From: Callorhinchus milii
Lineage: Eukaryota
Assembly (NCBI RefSeq): GCF_018977255.1
Contig: NW_024704742.1
Coordinates: 112,780,001 to 112,844,000 of the forward strand
Length of the DNA stretch: 64,000 nucleotides
Reading direction: 5' to 3'
The notes beneath the pieces are model-generated. The model saw nothing but the letters and a program-made list of their open reading frames with translations, had not been told where the DNA came from and did no database searches. The first letter of the stretch is position 1, and every line of letters starts with the position of its first letter. This document shows, piece after piece, positions 51,881 through 64,000 of this stretch. The position numbers and the translations under genes are program-made.

Positions 51881-52828
51881 GTTGGCTCCCGTCAGGGCCT
51901 CCTCACCACAGGCGCTGACAGCATCACCATCCATGGTTGCGCACTCCACCTTGCTAAGCCAGTCTGGAATCTTGGAGTCTTGTTTGACCTTCAGCTATTC
52001 TTTCTACCCCACATCTGCGCCATAACCCGTTCTGCCTTCCCCCACCTCTGCAACGTTGCCCGGCTCCGACACTGTCTCACACCTCAGGCTGTCGAAACCC
52101 TCGTACATGTCTTCAACAACAACAGCAACTTGGGTTTATATAGCGCCCTCCACGCCGGATGGCGTCTCAGAGCGCTTCACAACAACGGATCCCGGGTCCA
52201 AGCCAGGGGGAGGTCGAGCCTTCATTACATTGAGGCTCGACTATGCAAACTCACTGCTTGTCGGACTCCCCAACTCCTTTCTCCACAGGCTGCAGATCAT
52301 CCAGAATTCTGCAGCCCGTGTCCTCTCCTGCACTAGGCTCCGCGACCTTATGACCCACATCCTTGCCCAACTCCACTGGCTTCCCATCACACAGACGATA
52401 CAGGGATACAGTTCAAGATCCTGATCCTCATCTTCAAAGCCCTCCACGGTCTTGCTCCCCTCTACCTCTCTGACCTCCTAAACCCCCTACCATCCTGTTC
52501 GTTCCCTCCGCTCAGCGGGCTCTGGTCTGCTTCACGTCCCCTGTCTTGCTCACCCCACTATTGGCAGATGGACCTTCCGCCACTGTGCAGCCACCCTCTG
52601 GAACTCCATCCCGCAGGCCCTCCATCTCGCCCCCTCCCTCACCACCTTCAAGACCCACCTCAAGACTCCTCTTCGACCGTGCTTTCAATCTCCCTGCTTC
52701 CCTCCCTGCCCTCCACCCTCTCCCACCCCGACCCAAGCTCGGTCCATAACTCTGTCTGTCCCGTGCCTTGGGACGTCCTCCTGACGTGAAAGGCGCTATA
52801 CAAATTTAATTTTGTTATTGTTGTTGTT
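51881..52828 (+). mobile_element. L2-A 3' part with tail, containing nested antisense L2 tail
   Basis: NLGVLFD, AVETLVHVF | ITLRLDYANSLLVGLP, LHWLP; tail ggacgtcctcctgacgtgaaaggcgctatac. Confidence 0.95.
52116..52219 (-). mobile_element. ~100-bp L2-type 3' end (family C) nested in L2-A, TSD cttca
   Basis: Reverse strand: gtgaagcgctctgagacgccatccggcgtggagggcgctatataaacccaagttgctgttgttgt; cttca at 52111-52115 and 52220-52224. Confidence 0.88.
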
Positions 52829-52864
52829 TTCCATGGTCTGTGGAGAGGTGGGTAAAATAGTCTT

Positions 52865-53035
52865 TCTCATGTAGAATACATGAGGGAGAAGGGAATTGAA
52901 CAGTATGGAGGGAGAAAGGGAGAGGGAATTAGGAAGGGAGAGGCTTATATGAAGTATAAATACCAGCATGGACAAGTTGATAAGATGAGACAAATGGCTT
53001 GTTTCAATGCTGAACAACCTATGTAATTCTATGTA
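52865..53035 (+). mobile_element. CR1 3' UTR/tail fragment
   Basis: tacatgagggagaaggga...ataaataccagcatggac...aaatggcttgtttcaatgctg...ctatgtaattctatgtaa. Confidence 0.78.
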
Positions 53036-54907
53036 AAGTATTTAATGAGAAGACACATCTATGGTGCTTAAATACCATAAAGTCTAATTTGGGGTTTTTA
53101 AAAGCAATTCAGTGAATATTTCAGTGAATTCAGCTGTAAGGGGTAGAACTGTGGAATTATCAGAAGTAATGACCTAATACCAACATCACAGAAGGGGAAT
53201 TCAGAACATAAAGTTCAAAAGTCAATTTCTAGTGAAAGCAATTGCTTGTGCTGAGAGAAATGTAGCGACACAAATGGCATTTTTGGTGAGTGAAGTTGGG
53301 GTTCCTTACACAAAAAAATCAACACAATTGCTCCAGGGGTTTAGTTGTACATCTTATTTCATGTCTCATAAACTGGCACCACTTCTATTATTGATAAATC
53401 CCCATGTATAACAGAAGGCATTGCTGGGGATTAAGTGGTGAATCATTTTCCATTGCAAATCTCTTGTACCATTGATTTGAATTTGAAAGCTGAAATCTCT
53501 GATGCCAAGTGTTGGAAAGTGAAGCCGAAACTGAAGAAAAGTCATTAGAAACCTATTTCAAATCCCGGGCAAACTTCTTTCAGACTATCTGCTAACTTGC
53601 TTAAGCCTCATTGAACCTTTAAAGCTCCTGACGTATTCTGATACATTTCTAAGGCTGATCAGCCTTGGTCTGCGCTGACTACTTCTCCTGACAGATGCCA
53701 CAGGCACCAATTGGCACTGTCTCTATGAATAGTGCAGACTTTTAACTAATGTCATCTTATATCTTGCAAAACAATGCAAAACAACTTTCATAATTTCATA
53801 TATATTGTAATGTTACATTCCAAAGTGTGAAATATATGTCCAATGTAAAAATCATATCTGGTTGTATTAAAGAGAATATGGGGAAAATACCACAATTATA
53901 ACAGTTTTGTTGTGGTGTGATGTTGCATTTTCACCCTATATTTCAGTATTAAAATTAAGCCTGAATGCCACCACATTTTTAAAATTATCTTCCACTCAAT
54001 CTCTCCACACAGCTTAAATAATGTACAGTATTTTACATTTTAAACAAAGAAACACTGGAACGATGAAGGATAATAAATTAAAAGAAACTAATTTATGGGA
54101 TGTAACTATTCATGGGAATGTAACTGAAGCAGGGGTAACTAGTTACTGTAAATACTGTAAATAGTTACAGTAAACTGGAAATTACATTAAATTTGCCTGG
54201 CTTTCAGACCATGCCATAATATTGAAGAGGAAGATCTGCAATAATGTCCTAATTTACGATCCTGCTCCAACCATCCTTTCTCATGCAGGAAGCTCCCAGT
54301 ACCATTCCCTTTCAACACTGCTATTTGTACTTTATCACTTTTCTCCATCGATAAACTCAATGGCGCTAGCTCTGACCTGTCATTAATAACTACTTTGTTG
54401 ATGCAGTTGCACAGTTTTGAATGACTGTCTTCTGAAAAGCCTTCACCAACTGAAATTGTTTTTTTTCCCCTTCTTTCTTGTTACTTTTTTGTGCTGATTT
54501 TGAGAGGGACAGAATCCCAAAGGTACAAAAAATCAAGCTACAGTGCATCCTGATATTCCACTTTGGTCTTTGTACCTTGCCCGTAGGTTTAATAAGCTAC
54601 CCTTGGGGACAAGACAGTGTAAAGGGTGCCCACATAAGCATTTAGTGATATAATGTTCATCTCCTACAGTGAACGCCATTCACACCAAGGTGACCTGCAA
54701 GAGTTCAGCTCTGAGACAATCAGTCATTGTCTCCCACTAAATGAGTGATCTATGATCTTATGTTAAGACCTTTTCTTCCTGTGATGGTGTAACATACAGT
54801 TTTGGCAATGGGGGAAAGAGGATTGCAACACCCCCCATATTACTTCAGTTGACTTAAGAATGTGCAATATTCCTCCAGCCAGGCAAGAAGCTTACTGAAT
54901 ATTACAT

Positions 54908-56249
54908 TTATTACATCTAGGCTCGACTATGCCAACTCCCTACATGTTGGCCTTCCCAACTTTTTCCTCTGCAAGCTGCAGATCATTCCAGAACTCTGCA
55001 GCTCGTGTCCTCTTCTGCACTAAGCTCCGTGACTCTATCAGCCCCATCCTCGCCGGGCTCCGCTAGCTCCTTTCTTTACTGCGTTCAGCACAGTTGACCA
55101 CTCCGTCCTCCTCCACCGCCTCTCCTCCCTCATCCACCTTAGTGTGACCACACTGGCATAGTTCGAGTCCTACTTAATCAATCACCTCCCCTTCACCTCA
55201 GCAAATGGTTTCTACACTCACCACCATCCGGTCACCTTCAGGGTACCCCAGGGCTCCAACCTTGACCCGCTTCCTTTCCTCATCTATATACTCCCTCTTG
55301 GTGTTGTCATCTGCAGACACGGGGTAAACTTCCACATGTATGCGGATGACACACAAGTCTACTTTGCCTCCTCCAGTATTGACTTCAGGTTCGACGATGT
55401 CAGCTTGTCTGGCAGACATCACGGCCTGGATGAATGCAAACTTCCTTGCAGCTGAATGTGCACAAGACAGAAGCCATACTCCTTGGTTCCCATAAATGCC
55501 TTCACTCCTGTCGATCTAAACCCTTCAATTCCCTGGGCTCCCTTTCAGATTCACCAAATCAGTGCGCAATCTAGGCGTCCGGTTTGACCCCCAGCTGTCC
55601 TTCCTCCCTGGCATCTGGTCCCTTCCTCCACTTCTGCCACATTGCCCGCCTCTGACAGTACCTTACCACAAATGCAGCCGAAACCCTTGTACATGCATTT
55701 GTCACCTACCACCTGGATTACTGAAATGCACTCATCGCCGGTCTCCCCAGCTCCACTATTCAAAAAATCCAGCTTATTCAGAACTCCGCCGCCTGCATAC
55801 TTACTCAGACCAAACTCTGCTTCCACATCTAACCAGTTCTGACCAGGCTCCATTGGGTCCCCATCACTGAATGGATCGACTTCAAGATCCTCATACTCGT
55901 GTTCAAATCCCTCCACTCCCTGGCACCTCCCTACCTCTCCAACCTCCTCACTCCCCAATCCAACACCTAGCACCTCCGCTCGACTAGCATCGGCCTCCTG
56001 CTTACCCATCGCACCCTCTGCTCACCATTGGAAGTCTTGCTTTCAGCCCTGCACCCTGAAACTCTGGAATACTCTACATTAATCCCTCTATTTTGCCCCC
56101 TCTCTCCCCTCTTTCTTGTCAGGCCTGAAAGCTTTCCTTTTCATTTCCCCCTCACCAATCCAGCTCGGAGTCACACTCCGCCACTGTTAAGCACTTTGAG
56201 ATGCTACCCTGCATGGAGGGCGCTATATAAGTACAAGTCGTTGTTGTTG
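54908..56249 (+). mobile_element. Short L2-A piece (54908-55070) followed by L2-B (55078-56249) with tail
   Basis: SRLDYANSL; then [24 protein letters not shown]; tail gatgctaccctgcatggagggcgctatataag. Confidence 0.92.
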
Positions 56250-56328
56250 AATATGGTAAGTAGGAAAAAAGCAAAAGTGGAATGTCCTTATGGTGGAAAA
56301 GAAACTAATTGAAAATCCTATTTACATT

Positions 56329-56649
56329 TAATAATAATAATAATAATCCTTGCATTTGATATAGCACTTTTCACGTCGGGAGGACGTCCCAAAGCGCTTC
56401 ACAGAACACACTGTAAAGTGAATTGACTGTATATTTGTGGGCGAACGCGGCAGCCAATTGCGCACAGCAATGTCCCCCAAACAGTCGTAGATTGAAAATG
56501 ACCAATTTATTATTGTTTTTGGTTTTTGGAGGTATTATTATTAGGCGTGTGGAGTAAGGAAACTTGCCCAAGGTTTTGCCCTGTCTGGAATTGAACTCAG
56601 GTCTCTCGCTTGCAAAGCGAGTGCTCTAACCACTGAGCTACAGGACTCC
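56329..56649 (-). mobile_element. tRNA-Ala SINE, young CTCCC-loop subfamily
   Basis: Near-identical to the 58141 and 58691 copies; possible TSD acattta. Confidence 0.96.
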
Positions 56650-57094
56650 CAACATTTATTAGAGATGTGACAGATTACTTTACAAAACATGTTATGTTAT
56701 TTCATTATGCAGGTGAGCTATTGCCTTGGCTATTTTGGATCCAAGGCATGATACAATCTGTAACTGAGTTAAAACAAATCCACAGATTATTTCTATCCCA
56801 AGAGATTTTTATTTTAGAATCTGTAAATTTAGGCAGGTCCAACAAACTGGTGTATGTATAGAAAAACACCAGGAAAAGCTACACACATTGTCAGTCATGG
56901 GTGAGTCACAACTATGGATGAAGCGATTAAATTCAGGTATTCCAATGAGATTTATTAATAAAATTGTAGAGGTAAATTTTAGAAGATCCTGAGATGACGT
57001 GAAGCAAGCTGTTAGATATCAAGGATAGCATCAGTACCATGTAAACTAGATCAACCCAATGACTCAAACGGTGAGGTCACATACTATACATTAA

Positions 57095-57441
57095 GTGCCA
57101 GCCTGGCTCAGTTGGTTGCACTTTCACATTGCAATGAGTGTCGGTTCAAACCACACATTGGGCCTTTAAATTTATGATCTAAGCTGTTGGAGTGCTGTAT
57201 TGTCAGAGGTGCTGTCCTTCAGATGAGACATCAATCTGAGAACCATGTGTCTGTTTAGATGAATTTTAAAGATCTTCTGACACTATTCAAAATGAGAAGA
57301 GAGTTTCTCCTGATGTCCTGGTCAACAGTCCCAAGATAAATTTGATCATTCTCTTCAAGGTGAATGATCAAGCACATTGAGAAGTCCTCCCGACATGAAA
57401 GGAACTCTATGAATGTAATTTTGTTGTTGCTGTTGTTGTTC
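57095..57441 (+). mobile_element. Deu-domain SINE followed by an L2-A-type tail
   Basis: cctggctcagttggt..ggttcaaacc..gtgctgtattgtcagaggtgctgtccttcagatgagac; ends gtcctcccgacatgaaagg..ttgttgttg. Confidence 0.78.
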
Positions 57442-57455
57442 AAGGTAGTTTATAA

Positions 57456-58690
57456 GAACATAAGAAATGCTAGAACAAGCAATGGTCAGCTTCGCAATCT
57501 ACTAGCTTCGTTAGCTTGGTGGCATCTACAAACTTAACCACTGTGCTTGCGTCCCCTAGTTCCAGATCATTTATAAAAATATTAAACAAAAGAGGTGCCA
57601 AAATAGACCCTTGTTGAACTCCAATGGTAACATTTTCCCAGTCTGATGACATTCCCTGTACCAGTTGCATATCCATTGTAATATACCTCCATTGATTCCC
57701 ACTTTCTTTACTTTCAGTACCAGCCTCTCAAGAGGAACTGTATCAAATACCTTAAAGATCCACAGCCTTACCCTTATCAAGCTCCCTTGTCACACGACAA
57801 AGAAAAATAGTAATTAGATTGGCAAGATCTTCTGTTCATGAACTAATATTGGCTATCATTTATGATTTGATTTCTGATCTGATGCTCCATGATTTTATCC
57901 TTAATAAGAGTCTCCATAATTTTACCCACAATGGATGCCAAACTTACTGGTCTGTTGTTTCCTGGGTCACTTTTGTTACCTTTCTTAAAAATAAGAGTAA
58001 CATCGGCCTTTCTTCAGTCCCCCGACACCTCTCCAGTATTCAGTGATTTTTGAAAGATTTGTCCCAGGGTTCTGTGACTTCCTCCCTTAGTTCCTTAAGG
58101 ATCCTCAGATGCAATTTATCTGGCCCCTGAAATTTATTTATAATAATAATAATAATCCTTGCATTTGATAAAGTGCTTTTCACGTCGGGAGGACGTCCCA
58201 AAGAGCTTCACAGAACACACTGTGAAGTGAATTGACTGTATATTTGTGGGCGAACGCGGCAGCCAATTGCGCACAGCAATGTCCCACAAACAGTCGTAGA
58301 TTGAAAATGACCAATTTTATTATTGTTTTTGGTTTTTGGAGGGATTATTATTAGGCATATGGAGTAAGGAAACTTGCCCAAGGTTTTGCCCTGCCTGGAA
58401 TTGAACTCAGGTCTCTCGCTTGCAAAGCGAGTGCTCTAACCACTGAGCTACAGGACTCCACGACTATTTACCTTAATATTACAGAGCTGTTTGGAAACCA
58501 TGCTCATAATGATATGAATAGTGCTGCAACTTTTCTCTGTGATATCCTTGAATTCTCTTTTCACATTAGATAGGTTACCAGTCTCCTTGGTAAAGACTGA
58601 TGCAAAAAACTTATTTAGCACAATTGTAGCCTGTGCAGCATTATTTGTCATGTTCTCTCCTGAACCCACTTTCAGTGGCCCTATTCAGTT
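57456..58690 (-). mobile_element. Old CR1 RT fragment, interrupted by SINE 58141-58459
   Basis: LNKFFASVFTKE, IKVN|KFQGPDKLHLRILKEL, FDTVP, GVQQGSILAPLLFNIFINDL, KFVDATKL. Confidence 0.9.
58141..58459 (-). mobile_element. tRNA-Ala SINE, young subfamily, nested in CR1, TSD tattta
   Basis: tattta at 58135-58140 and 58465-58470; the CR1 reading frame is restored on removal. Confidence 0.96.
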
Positions 58691-59017
58691 TAATAATAAT
58701 AATAATAATAATAATAATCCTTGCATTTGATAGAGCGCTTTTCACGTCGGGAGGACGTCCCAAAGCGCTTCACAGAACACACTGTAAAGTGAATTGACTG
58801 TATATTTGTGGGCGAACGCGGCAGCCAATTGCGCACAGCAATGTCCCACAAACAGTCGTAGATTGAAAATGACCAATTTATTATTATTTTTTTTAGGAGG
58901 GATTATTATTAGGCGTGTGGAGTAAGGAAACTTGCTCAAGGTTTCGCCCCGCCTGGAATTGAACTCAGGTCTCTCACTTGCAAAGCGAGTGCTCTAACCA
59001 CTGAGCTACAGGACTCC
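58691..59017 (-). mobile_element. tRNA-Ala SINE, young subfamily
   Basis: Long (aat)n tail, intact CpGs; agttt on both flanks (58687-58691, 59021-59025). Confidence 0.96.
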
Positions 59018-61390
59018 ACGAGTTTGTGGAACATTGCACTACACACATTGGTTGCTGCATTTGCCTGCAAATTTATAGTCACTACAATGTACAGAAAATC
59101 CTGTGAAGTGCTTTGAGCCATTTTGATAATGTGATAAGGTGCTATATCAAATGCAAGGGTTACTGTATCCAATGAAGAACCTGAGTGGCTAATGCATTCA
59201 ACCCATCTTAAACGCACAATATTACACCATGTTTTAGTTAATACCATATATAACAACTCAAAGTACTTACCCCATCAACTACTGCTCGAACAGTCTAAAC
59301 AGAAAGCATGTGTTCACTAATCTCCTCAACCTCTGCAAGTGAATGGAAAATTCAATATCAGTTATAGTCCAGAGCATAGAAGCATGAAGCAAAGAATATA
59401 TCCTGTCAAACTCTGTGCCTGCATGTCATTCATTTTCACACCCTATGGAGTTGAAGAAATATTTATTTTGTAGCATTTTCTAGTGGAAAGGGGGGAGAGG
59501 AGTTGTAATGCTCTACAAATTGGTGCTGTCTCAGCAGCTACTGTTGGTTTCATCTCAGGTGTATGTTCCTAGTTTATGCATCCTTACTCCTTTTATGCAG
59601 GTTTGCTGACTGCTGCAATGTTACCTATCTGTGTCTCAGAGGTCCCATACAATTTACTGCTAGTTCTGGTCTAATGACCAGCTTGCTCTGTCACAATTTC
59701 TATAGTGAGCTTAATCCTCCTCGGTTCCTGTTTTTCTTTCATGGCTGAATAGTTACCTCTGCATTTCAGGGGTGCTACCTCTTCTCCTACTTGAAAACGA
59801 TGTTAAAGCTGATCAGATTGCCTGCTGGTAGAAACTCCTGGTTACACAAAACCATTTTCTTTTACAGGATACACACTCACTGTACTTTAAAGTAAAATTT
59901 TATGAGGTGCTTTGAAACGTTCTCTCAATGTGAAAAGCACTATAACAAATGTAAGGATCCTTATAATGACTATTCTCTACTTTAAAAATATACTGTAGAC
60001 TTTGTACTCATATATTTGATGTTCTCTTCCTAACTAGTTGCCTTTGTCCTCCTCACTAATGTTAGGTCTGACCAAGCATCCAATATACTTATTTTATATT
60101 AGCTGTAGCCATTGCAGCTACGCTTGCAACCAAAGGATCCACTATGGAATGTAGATTGACACACAGACAGACACACAGACAGCATTTCATCTTCATCCAT
60201 ACTCATTGGAAGGACTCCTGTGCGAGGATTATTATTATTATTATTTTGTTCCCAATGCTTGGCTATATCTGTGCTCTATGATGCAGGATGCCACACATGC
60301 CACTTTGACTCAGCGGCCACCAGGTGTAACTGCAATAGAAAAAACAAAACTAAAAATAACTCAAGAACGATAGGAGATACCCAAAAACAAATATGCCCAT
60401 GTCGCTCGCAGTTTCAAGACCTTTCCAATGATGTATAAGTCATGTCGCTATGTCAATCGCTTATTGAGATCCTTCTTGAAGCACAAGATAGAACTATTCT
60501 TTCTCAATGATTTTAAATAAGTCTTTATCAAACTCAATAGAACCCATTTTTTCCAGAAAAACACTTGTGGTGGATTTTGAAAGGATGAGGAAAATTGAAA
60601 ATTAAATGTGGACATATTGTCTTCAGATTGGTGGAAACTCCTTGTTATACAGGTCCAATCTCACAACTGTTATCAAAAGAGGAAGATTGGGCCCATGGAG
60701 CTGTTTAATATGTAAAGTGCTTAGCATTAATAGTACTAAACAACAGATTTAATCTCTGTTAATGCTGCTTCTCTTACTTTTACACAAACTGGACACCTTT
60801 ACACATCAAGGAACAAAATGTGGCAATGTTCTTTTCTTGGAAATAGGATTAGGTAAATGCCAAACAGTTTGCTGTCAAATAATTGAATGTAATTCCAACT
60901 TTCTGATTTCTTCAAGATCAGGAGGATGAAGCTTATTTGTCAGGTTCAAAAGATTGTCTATAACTACAGAAACTAGGACCAACATGAGAACAATAATCAG
61001 CAGAATTGAGAGCGACCTTTTACTGTGGTTATAAATTACTCATTGTGTTGGAATAATACGTTCACAATTGCAATCTGAGAAAAATAAGCACTGAGCTATG
61101 ATTCATAGTTGTGCTTATATAATGATGAACTGTGAATACCTTAGAGAGTTGTACCATATTGTTCTGGTACTTTTGACATTTGAGTTTGTAATTGTGGTGC
61201 ATAGATGTGTTTGTATATCCACATCTACATCTATACTTATATGTATATATATACACACATATATATCATGTACATGGGGGAAATGACTGAGTTGCATCCA
61301 AGGTGACCTATCTGGAAATGGATTATCAGAATCGAGTTGACCTTCTGTGGAGGTCTCGGTAATGTGGTTCTTGAGCCATGTAGATCTGTT

Positions 61391-62327
61391 ACTCTACTTC
61401 TCTGCCTCCACCACTGCTGCCCTGACAGAATGTCTGTCAGACATCAAGTCCTGGATGAGAGCTAACTTTCTACAGTTGACCTCGTTGAATGAAGCCCTCC
61501 TGATTGGCTCCCGTCAACACCTCCACACCTCTGGCGCTGACAGCATCACCATCCATGGTTGCACACTCCACCTCACTAAGCCAGTCCAGAAGCCTGTTGT
61601 CTTGTTTGACCCTCAACTATCCTTTCTAACCCACATCTGTGCCATGACCTGCTCTGCCTTCCCCACCTCCGCAGCGTCGCCTGGTTCCGCCACTGTCTCA
61701 CACCGCAGGCCGGCGAAACCCTCATACACGCTTTCATTACATCACGGCTTCACTATGCAAACTTTTTGCTTGTCAGCCTCCCAAACTCCTCCCTCCATAG
61801 GCTGCAGATCATCCAGAACTCTGCAGGCCTTGTGCTCTCTCACACCAGGCACCATGACCCTATCACCCCCATCCTCGCCTGACTCCACTGGCTTCCCATC
61901 ACACAGAGGATACAGTTCAAGATCCTGGTCCTCACCTTCAAAGCCCTCCATGGACTTGCTCCCCTCTGCGACCTCCTGGATCCCTACCACCCTGCTACTC
62001 CCTCCGCTCAGCGGGCTCCGGCCTGCTTCACGTCCCTCGCCTCGCTTGCCCCACTATTGGCAGGTGGACCTTCTACCACTCTGCCCCCTCCCTCTGGAAC
62101 TCTGTCCCACAGTCAACCGCCTCGCCCCCTCGCTTGCCTCCTTCAAGACCTGTCTCAAAACCTTTCTCTTGGATATTTCTTTCGATCACCCTGCTTCCCC
62201 CCCGATGCCCTCCACACTCCCCTATCCTGACCCCCAGCTCGGGTCAGAAATTTTGTCTGTCCAGCGCCTTGGGGCATCCTCCTGACGTGAAAGGCACTAT
62301 ATAAATGGAATTTTGTTGTTGTTATTG
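61391..62327 (+). mobile_element. L2-A 3' part with tail
   Basis: ECLSDIKSWMRANFLQL..LLIGSRQ; tail ccagcgccttggggcatcctcctgacgtgaaaggcactatat. Confidence 0.94.
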
Positions 62328-62902
62328 TACTCCCAGGCATGGTTGATGATAACTATCCATTAGCCAACATGACTTAACAGCAAGATTTTCAGTAGCAGAC
62401 GAATCACTCTGGCAAGCATTTTTCCCACTCGGCTTCTGTTAGCTGTGAAAGCTAAAGCCTTAATGCAAAAATGGTCTTTGCTGGATAAGGAGCAGGAAGG
62501 TTGTGAGTCAGTGTTCCCAATGCCAAGCTGTGTTGTTTTAACTGGTTAAATTCCTGCTCCACCCCAAAGCATACTGTAGGTTTCCTAAGTCTTCACTCTT
62601 ACAAACCTGCACATAGACTCTAAGAAATTTTGGGAAGTGTGTCCTGCCAGGAAAAGAGTGTGCATTCCATTCCAGCTGCAGGATTTTTTCCATGAATATG
62701 TGGAATTCTTAGTAGTTTTGTTTGGATACTCTTAAGCATGATGAAGGATTTCTGAATGTGTTACATACTCAAGTGACCAAAAAACATAATTTCCCACTGG
62801 CTGATGATCAATGAATAAGGACATTGGCTGTGATGCTTCCAAGTGTTTCATAGCCCTGTCTGGGACACAGTCTAGGCTAACAGAAAAAAATATTATTTTA
62901 GT

Positions 62903-63170
62903 AACAACAACCACAAATTGCTCTTATATAAGGCCTTCCACGCAGGGTAGCATCTCAGAGCGCTTAACAGTGGCGAAGCCTGACTCTGAGCCAGGGGTAG
63001 ACGGGAGGTAGTCGAAGAGGAAAGTTTTCAGGCGGGACTTGAAAGGGGGGAGAGAGGAGGCAAGGCGGAGGGATTGAGGGAGAGTGTTCCAGAGCATTGG
63101 AGCATAGTGGCTGAAAGAGTGACTTCCGATGGTGGGGTGGTGGGTGGGTGCGAGGGACAAGCAGAAGGCA
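62903..63170 (-). mobile_element. L2-B 3' tail fragment
   Basis: YAPMLWNTLPQSLRLA..FKSRLKTFLF; ccacgcagggtagcatctcagagcgcttaac. Confidence 0.92.
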
Positions 63171-63239
63171 CTGTGGAACTGTGGAAATGAACCATAGCTT
63201 GAGTCAGTGTGTACAGGAGAGCAGAGGAGAACATTGAAG

Positions 63240-63682
63240 ATGAGAGACAAAGCTGAACATGCTTGGACTCTTTTCTCTTGAAAAGAGGAGGGTAAGAGGT
63301 AAACTGATAGAGGTATTTAAAATTATGAAAAGTTTTAATAGGGTAGACATAGGGAAGATGTTTCCATTTGTGGGGGAGACCAAAACCAGGGGCCATCAAT
63401 ATAAAATAGTCACAAATAGATCAAATAGAGAAGTTAGAAGAAATTTCGTCACACAGAAGGTAGTGGGAATGTGTAACCACTACCACAGGGAGTTGTTGAG
63501 GCAAATAGCATAGATGTATTTAAGGGAAAGCTAGATAGGTACATGAGGGAGAAATAAATAGAAGGTTATGCTTGAAGGCTTAGTTGAGGAAGGACAGGAG
63601 GAGGCTCATGCGGAGCATAAACACCGGCATAGACCAGTTGAGCCAAATGGCCTGTTTCTGTGCTGTATATTCTAATGTATTC
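63240..63682 (+). mobile_element. CR1 3' end
   Basis: LGLFSLEKRRVRGKLIEVFKIMK..KTRGHQYK; tail gccaaatggcctgtttctgtgctgtatattct. Confidence 0.92.
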
Positions 63683-64000
63683 GAAAAATACAAAAATAAC
63701 GAAGTTTTTTTTTCATGAAGAAACACACATCTCTTGATCTGTGCACTTTTCATATGATCATTGCTTCAAGTCATTGAGACAACACCTTCAATGGCCAGAA
63801 ATCTCTTCTTTCATCATTTTTTAAATAGATATTTACTCTTTTGCGATCGCTTGCAATCCCACTCCATCTTCTTCACCAACTCTTGCCTTATACTCCATGC
63901 CAACTGCACCTCACCTTCTGCAGAAAATGGCTTTCAGTACGTTTGCCCCTGCTTTGCCGCCTCCTTTTCAAAATCTGTCTAAAGACGTAATTCTTTGACA

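Noticed and set aside
53651..53666. Perfect 16-bp palindrome aaggctgatcagcctt
   Set aside because: About one is expected by chance in 64 kb (64000/4^8).
53555..53725. LF-SINE-like fragment (ggcaccaattggcac)
   Set aside because: Only one short motif matches my recollection of the consensus.
54095..54190. Cluster of gtaact/agttac motifs with short palindromes
   Set aside because: Reminiscent of hAT MITE ends but too short and AT-rich; no partner end found.
58945..59017. tRNA-Ala(TGC) gene (and the same head in other SINE copies)
   Set aside because: A/B boxes and anticodon arm are present, but the acceptor stem is imperfect, no terminator follows and it runs into a SINE body.
61200..61270. 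TA/CA-rich tract (also ~10885-10920 and (CT)n ~40945-40970)
   Set aside because: Simple low-complexity microsatellite; ORFs across it are spurious.
63761..63982. Possible coding exon at the window end
   Set aside because: No recognisable protein similarity in the frames I translated on either strand.

Overview
Repeat-dense, gene-empty vertebrate DNA. The repeat repertoire points to a cartilaginous fish, probably a chimaera or shark; this is inferred from remembered families, not a search. I found no host protein-coding exon, rRNA, true tRNA gene or CRISPR array, and every long ORF is a retrotransposon fragment or its antisense shadow. Contents: about 12 CR1 LINE fragments; about 20 L2 LINE fragments in at least three families (my labels A, B, C) that differ in their 3' stem-loop; 9 copies of a tRNA-Ala-headed SINE with an L2-type tail; several older Deu-domain SINEs; and fossils the ORF track misses (a hAT transposase C-terminus with a 21-bp array, two Tx1-like fragments, a Penelope-type hammerhead motif). 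Most interesting: (1) a covarying 3' stem-loop shared by L2s and SINEs, in which the youngest SINE copies carry the loop of the L2-A family; (2) a near full-length CR1 with an apparent 2.5-kb internal inversion; (3) nested insertions with target-site duplications (TSDs) that give a relative chronology. I found no convincing wholly new biological system. Family names are from memory and need Dfam/Repbase confirmation; boundaries are approximate.
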